This document shows positions 61,213 to 64,000 of a stretch of DNA of 64,000 nucleotides, piece by piece. Under the pieces are notes generated by a model. It worked only from the letters and a program-made list of their open reading frames with translations, was not told the DNA's origin and searched no databases. Each line of letters begins with the position of its first letter. The first letter of the stretch is position 1. The position numbers and the translations under genes were made by a program. The DNA comes from an uncultured delta proteobacterium (lineage in GTDB: Bacteria > Desulfobacterota > Binatia > UBA9968): positions 160,001 to 224,000 of the forward strand of contig CAWDPO010000003.1 of assembly GCA_963804165.1 (NCBI GenBank). Reading direction: 5' to 3'.

Positions 61213-61300
61213 CCCTTCGACGAGGCCAGGGCGAACGGGTAAGTACTTGGTATCGCAATCGGCCAAAACCGTTCGTGGAGAGGCCCTCGAACCATGAGCG
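61213..61300. repeat. CCTTCGAC..GAACGG palindromic repeat copy
   Basis: CCCTTCGACGAGGCCAGGGCGAACGG...CCGTTCGTGGAGAGGCCCTCGAACC. Confidence 0.6.
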
Positions 61301-61411
61301 CTATTGCGACGATGTCTCTCGAGCTGGGAGGAAAGATAATCGGATCGAGGGATTTCCACTGAAATAATCATTCAGCAGAAACTGTAAAACATCGAAAGGA
61401 AGGTTGGGTCC

Positions 61412-62503
61412 ATGGCTAACACGATCTCGACAGCGGAAGAAGAGGTAAAGGAACGGCTCGGCTACAAGTCGCCGTACGAGCAGTGGAAGGAGTCGGAAGG
61501 GTTGCAGACCTATCGCGGCTTAGCGATCAAGAATTTGTATGACCTTGAACTCAGTCCGTGGAAATCAAGTGGCGACGGCTTAGCGGCGTTTCTGAATTTG
61601 GAAGGCACCGGCGGATTCAATGACTCGTACGTCGCTGAGATCCCGCCGGGCAAGTCGCTCAAGGCACACCGTCACCTGTTCGAAGAGACCATCTATATTC
61701 TCAAAGGTCAGGGCGCTACGTCGGTGTGGATCGATCCGAGCAAAAAGGAAACCTTCGAATGGCAAGAGGGAAGTTATTTTTCGATTCCGATGAATGCGTG
61801 GCACGAACACCACAACGCCTCCGGATTGGATGCCGCGCGCTACATCGCCATGACCAGCGCGCCACGGGTGATCGATACGTTCAACAATTATGAATTTGTC
61901 TTCGAAAATCCGTTCCTCTTTCGCGACCGGTACAATGCCGAGGAGGGCTATTTCAAGCAAAAGGCGCCGGCGCAGCAGTGGTCGACCAACTTCGTCGCCG
62001 ACGTGCGCGTGTGCGAAACCTACTCCGGCGGCTTCGACCGCGGCGGCGGCGCGAAGAGCACGGTCTTTCGCATGGTCAACCAGACCGTCAAGTCGCATGT
62101 CTCGCTATGGGGCGTCGGCGCATACAAAAAAGCGCATCGCCACGGCCCCGGTATTCACGTCTTGATCATCAGAGGGACGGGTTATTCGATCATGTGGCAA
62201 GAAGGCAAGCCGATGGAACGAGTCGAGTGGGGGCCCGGCAGCGTATTTGTGCCGCCGGAAATGTGGTTTCACCAACATTTTAACGGCAGCGCCGAGCCGG
62301 TTTTTTTTCTCGCCATAGGCTGGGGCAGTGACAAGCCCAAGGCGGGCGGGAAAGCGTACGTCTACAAGAGCGTGAAAGAAGGCGGCGACCAGATCGAGTA
62401 CGAGGACGAAGATCCGAAGATTCACGCCGAATTCGAAGTCGCCATGAAAAGGGTCGGCGCGCGGTGCAAGATGGACTATCATCCACACTGTACGATGAAG
62501 TGA
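61412..62503 (+). CDS. Bicupin protein
   Basis: AHRHLFEE...PMNAWHEHHN and KKAHRHGPG...PPEMWFHQHFN. Confidence 0.85.
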   Translation: MANTISTAEEEVKERLGYKSPYEQWKESEGLQTYRGLAIKNLYDLELSPWKSSGDGLAAFLNLEGTGGFNDSYVAEIPPGKSLKAHRHLFEETIYILKGQGATSVWIDPSKKETFEWQEGSYFSIPMNAWHEHHNASGLDAARYIAMTSAPRVIDTFNNYEFVFENPFLFRDRYNAEEGYFKQKAPAQQWSTNFVADVRVCETYSGGFDRGGGAKSTVFRMVNQTVKSHVSLWGVGAYKKAHRHGPGIHVLIIRGTGYSIMWQEGKPMERVEWGPGSVFVPPEMWFHQHFNGSAEPVFFLAIGWGSDKPKAGGKAYVYKSVKEGGDQIEYEDEDPKIHAEFEVAMKRVGARCKMDYHPHCTMK

Positions 62504-62531
62504 TTGTTGGTCGACGAATCGAAGATCGAGG

Positions 62532-63624
62532 ATGAAAATGGCGACTAGAAAATTCCTGACGAGCGCGGTCGCGGTGTTGTATCATTACTTGTGCGATGTT
62601 CTCAACCGCGCCGTGCGCGTCGATCGAAGCGCTCTTACAACGAGATCAACAAGCTGCCGGCGCAGCAGCGCCAGAAGCGGCTCGAAGACGGCGCACGCAA
62701 AGAGGGCGAATTTAAGTTTTATGGCATCTCCGCCGCCACTTTGCTTGAGCGCCTACACGGCCGGATTCATGAAAAAGTATCCGTTCATCAAAGCCGAATT
62801 CTGGCGCGGCAGCGGCAACAAATTGGTGTTTCGCACGCTCACCGAGCATCGCACCGGCCAGTTGGATACGGATGCGGTTTTGGTGGGCACTGAAAACGTC
62901 ATGACGCTCAAGCGCTCGGGCATTTGGACGCGCTATCATTCGCCGGAATCGCAGAATTTCGGGAAAGAATATACCGACAAGGACGGGTACTGGCACGCAG
63001 ACAGTTTGGGCATGTCGACGATCGCGTACAATACCAAGCTGGTAAAGAAGGAGGAGGCGCCCAAGGGATACGACGATCTCTTCGATCCGAAGTGGAAAGG
63101 CAGTCTTTCCATCGATATGGAGCCCGAGCGCGCGTTGATGGGCTGGTTGACCGCTTGGGGGGAACAAAAGACCCGAGCTTTCGTCGGGGGCTTGATCAAA
63201 AATGGGGCTATCGTGCGCCGCGGCCATACTTTACAGGCGCAACTTTTGTGTGCCGGCGAGTTCAAAGTTGGCGTGGAGCTTTATCCCGATGGGATGTTGC
63301 GGATGAAACAGGACGGTTGCCCGGCGGCGATCGTTTTTCCGAACCCGACGCCGGCGCATATCAGCGGCGCCATTGGCATCTACACCAATACGCCGCACCC
63401 CCACGCTGCTGCCCTGTTCCTCGATTTCATGAAATCGGCAGAGGGCGCAAAAATTCTTGCTGCAACCGGGCGGGTCTCCGGACGAAAGGGTGTCAGATCG
63501 GTCTACGACGAGCTGTCCAATCTTGGAGGAACGAGGAATACCGCTCTTTATAGTCGGACCAGACCAATCCGAGCAAATCGCCAAACCGATGGAAAAAATC
63601 ATGAAAGAGATGTTGGTCCCGTAA
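62532..63624 (+). CDS. Extracellular solute-binding protein (Fe3+/AfuA-like); frameshifted
   Basis: EDGARKEGEFKFYG, KKYPFIK, DLFDPKWKG, LLCAGEF, PHPHAAALFLDF. Confidence 0.83.
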
Positions 63625-63745
63625 GCGGCGCTCGCCAATCGCGTCAAGATGCGGAGCGCGACAATCTTGCTGACGATTTCTGTCTGTCAAAATTTTAGTT
63701 GCAGATAGAGTACATCTGCACCAGCTGTAAGGAGGATCGCGCGTA

Positions 63746-64000
63746 ATGTCTCGTCAATACCGGCATTTTTCAGCCGATAGTCACTTCGAATCCCTGCCGG
63801 AAACTTGGACACACCGGGTGCCGGCGAAATATCGCGACCGCGCGCCGCGGCGCATCAAACTTGCTGACGGTCGCGACGCCATCATCGACGAAGGCCAGCC
63901 GCTGGAATATCGCGGCACGAATCTGTTCGCGGGAAAACCCCTCGAAGAGTTTAATCCAGTTCATCTGAATTTCGAAAAATCGGTGGGCGCCGGCTCGCCG
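63746..64000 (+). CDS. Amidohydrolase family protein, N-terminal part (runs off window end; indel in a T-run)
   Basis: SD AAGGAGG; MSRQYRHFSADSHFESLPETWTHRVPAKYRDRAPR. Confidence 0.75.
   Translation, partial: MSRQYRHFSADSHFESLPETWTHRVPAKYRDRAPRRIKLADGRDAIIDEGQPLEYRGTNLFAGKPLEEFNPVHLNFEKSVGAGSP

Overview
GC-rich (roughly 55-60% by eye) bacterial chromosomal window. Its gene content suggests Candidatus Binatia/Binatota; this is inference, as no marker gene is present. The clues are many orphan NMT1/THI5- and Fe3+-type solute-binding proteins, amidohydrolases, bicupins, OCD/mu-crystallin paralogs and several palindromic intergenic repeat families. A clean housekeeping block at about 20.4-35.8 kb carries an M24 peptidase, an acyl-CoA carboxylase operon, pdaD, tatBC, an HDAC-family gene, fabF, fabH, pncB, a PaaA-like di-iron protein and etfBA. 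It is flanked by catabolic/transport regions in which many genes carry small indels, most likely long-read assembly errors. Two non-coding signals stand out. (1) A free-standing transcription unit of about 160 nt at 20202-20395: a near-consensus sigma70 promoter, a 17-nt tract complementary to the 16S rRNA 3' end, a 13-codon CxxC ORF with a second SD just before its stop, and a long 3' hairpin. (2) An IS110-family (IS1111-type) element at 37066-38382, inserted into a palindromic repeat. Its downstream non-coding end carries readable guide sequences matching both halves of its own insertion site and one half of its donor junction, as expected for a seekRNA/bridge RNA. No rRNA, tRNA or CRISPR array was seen.
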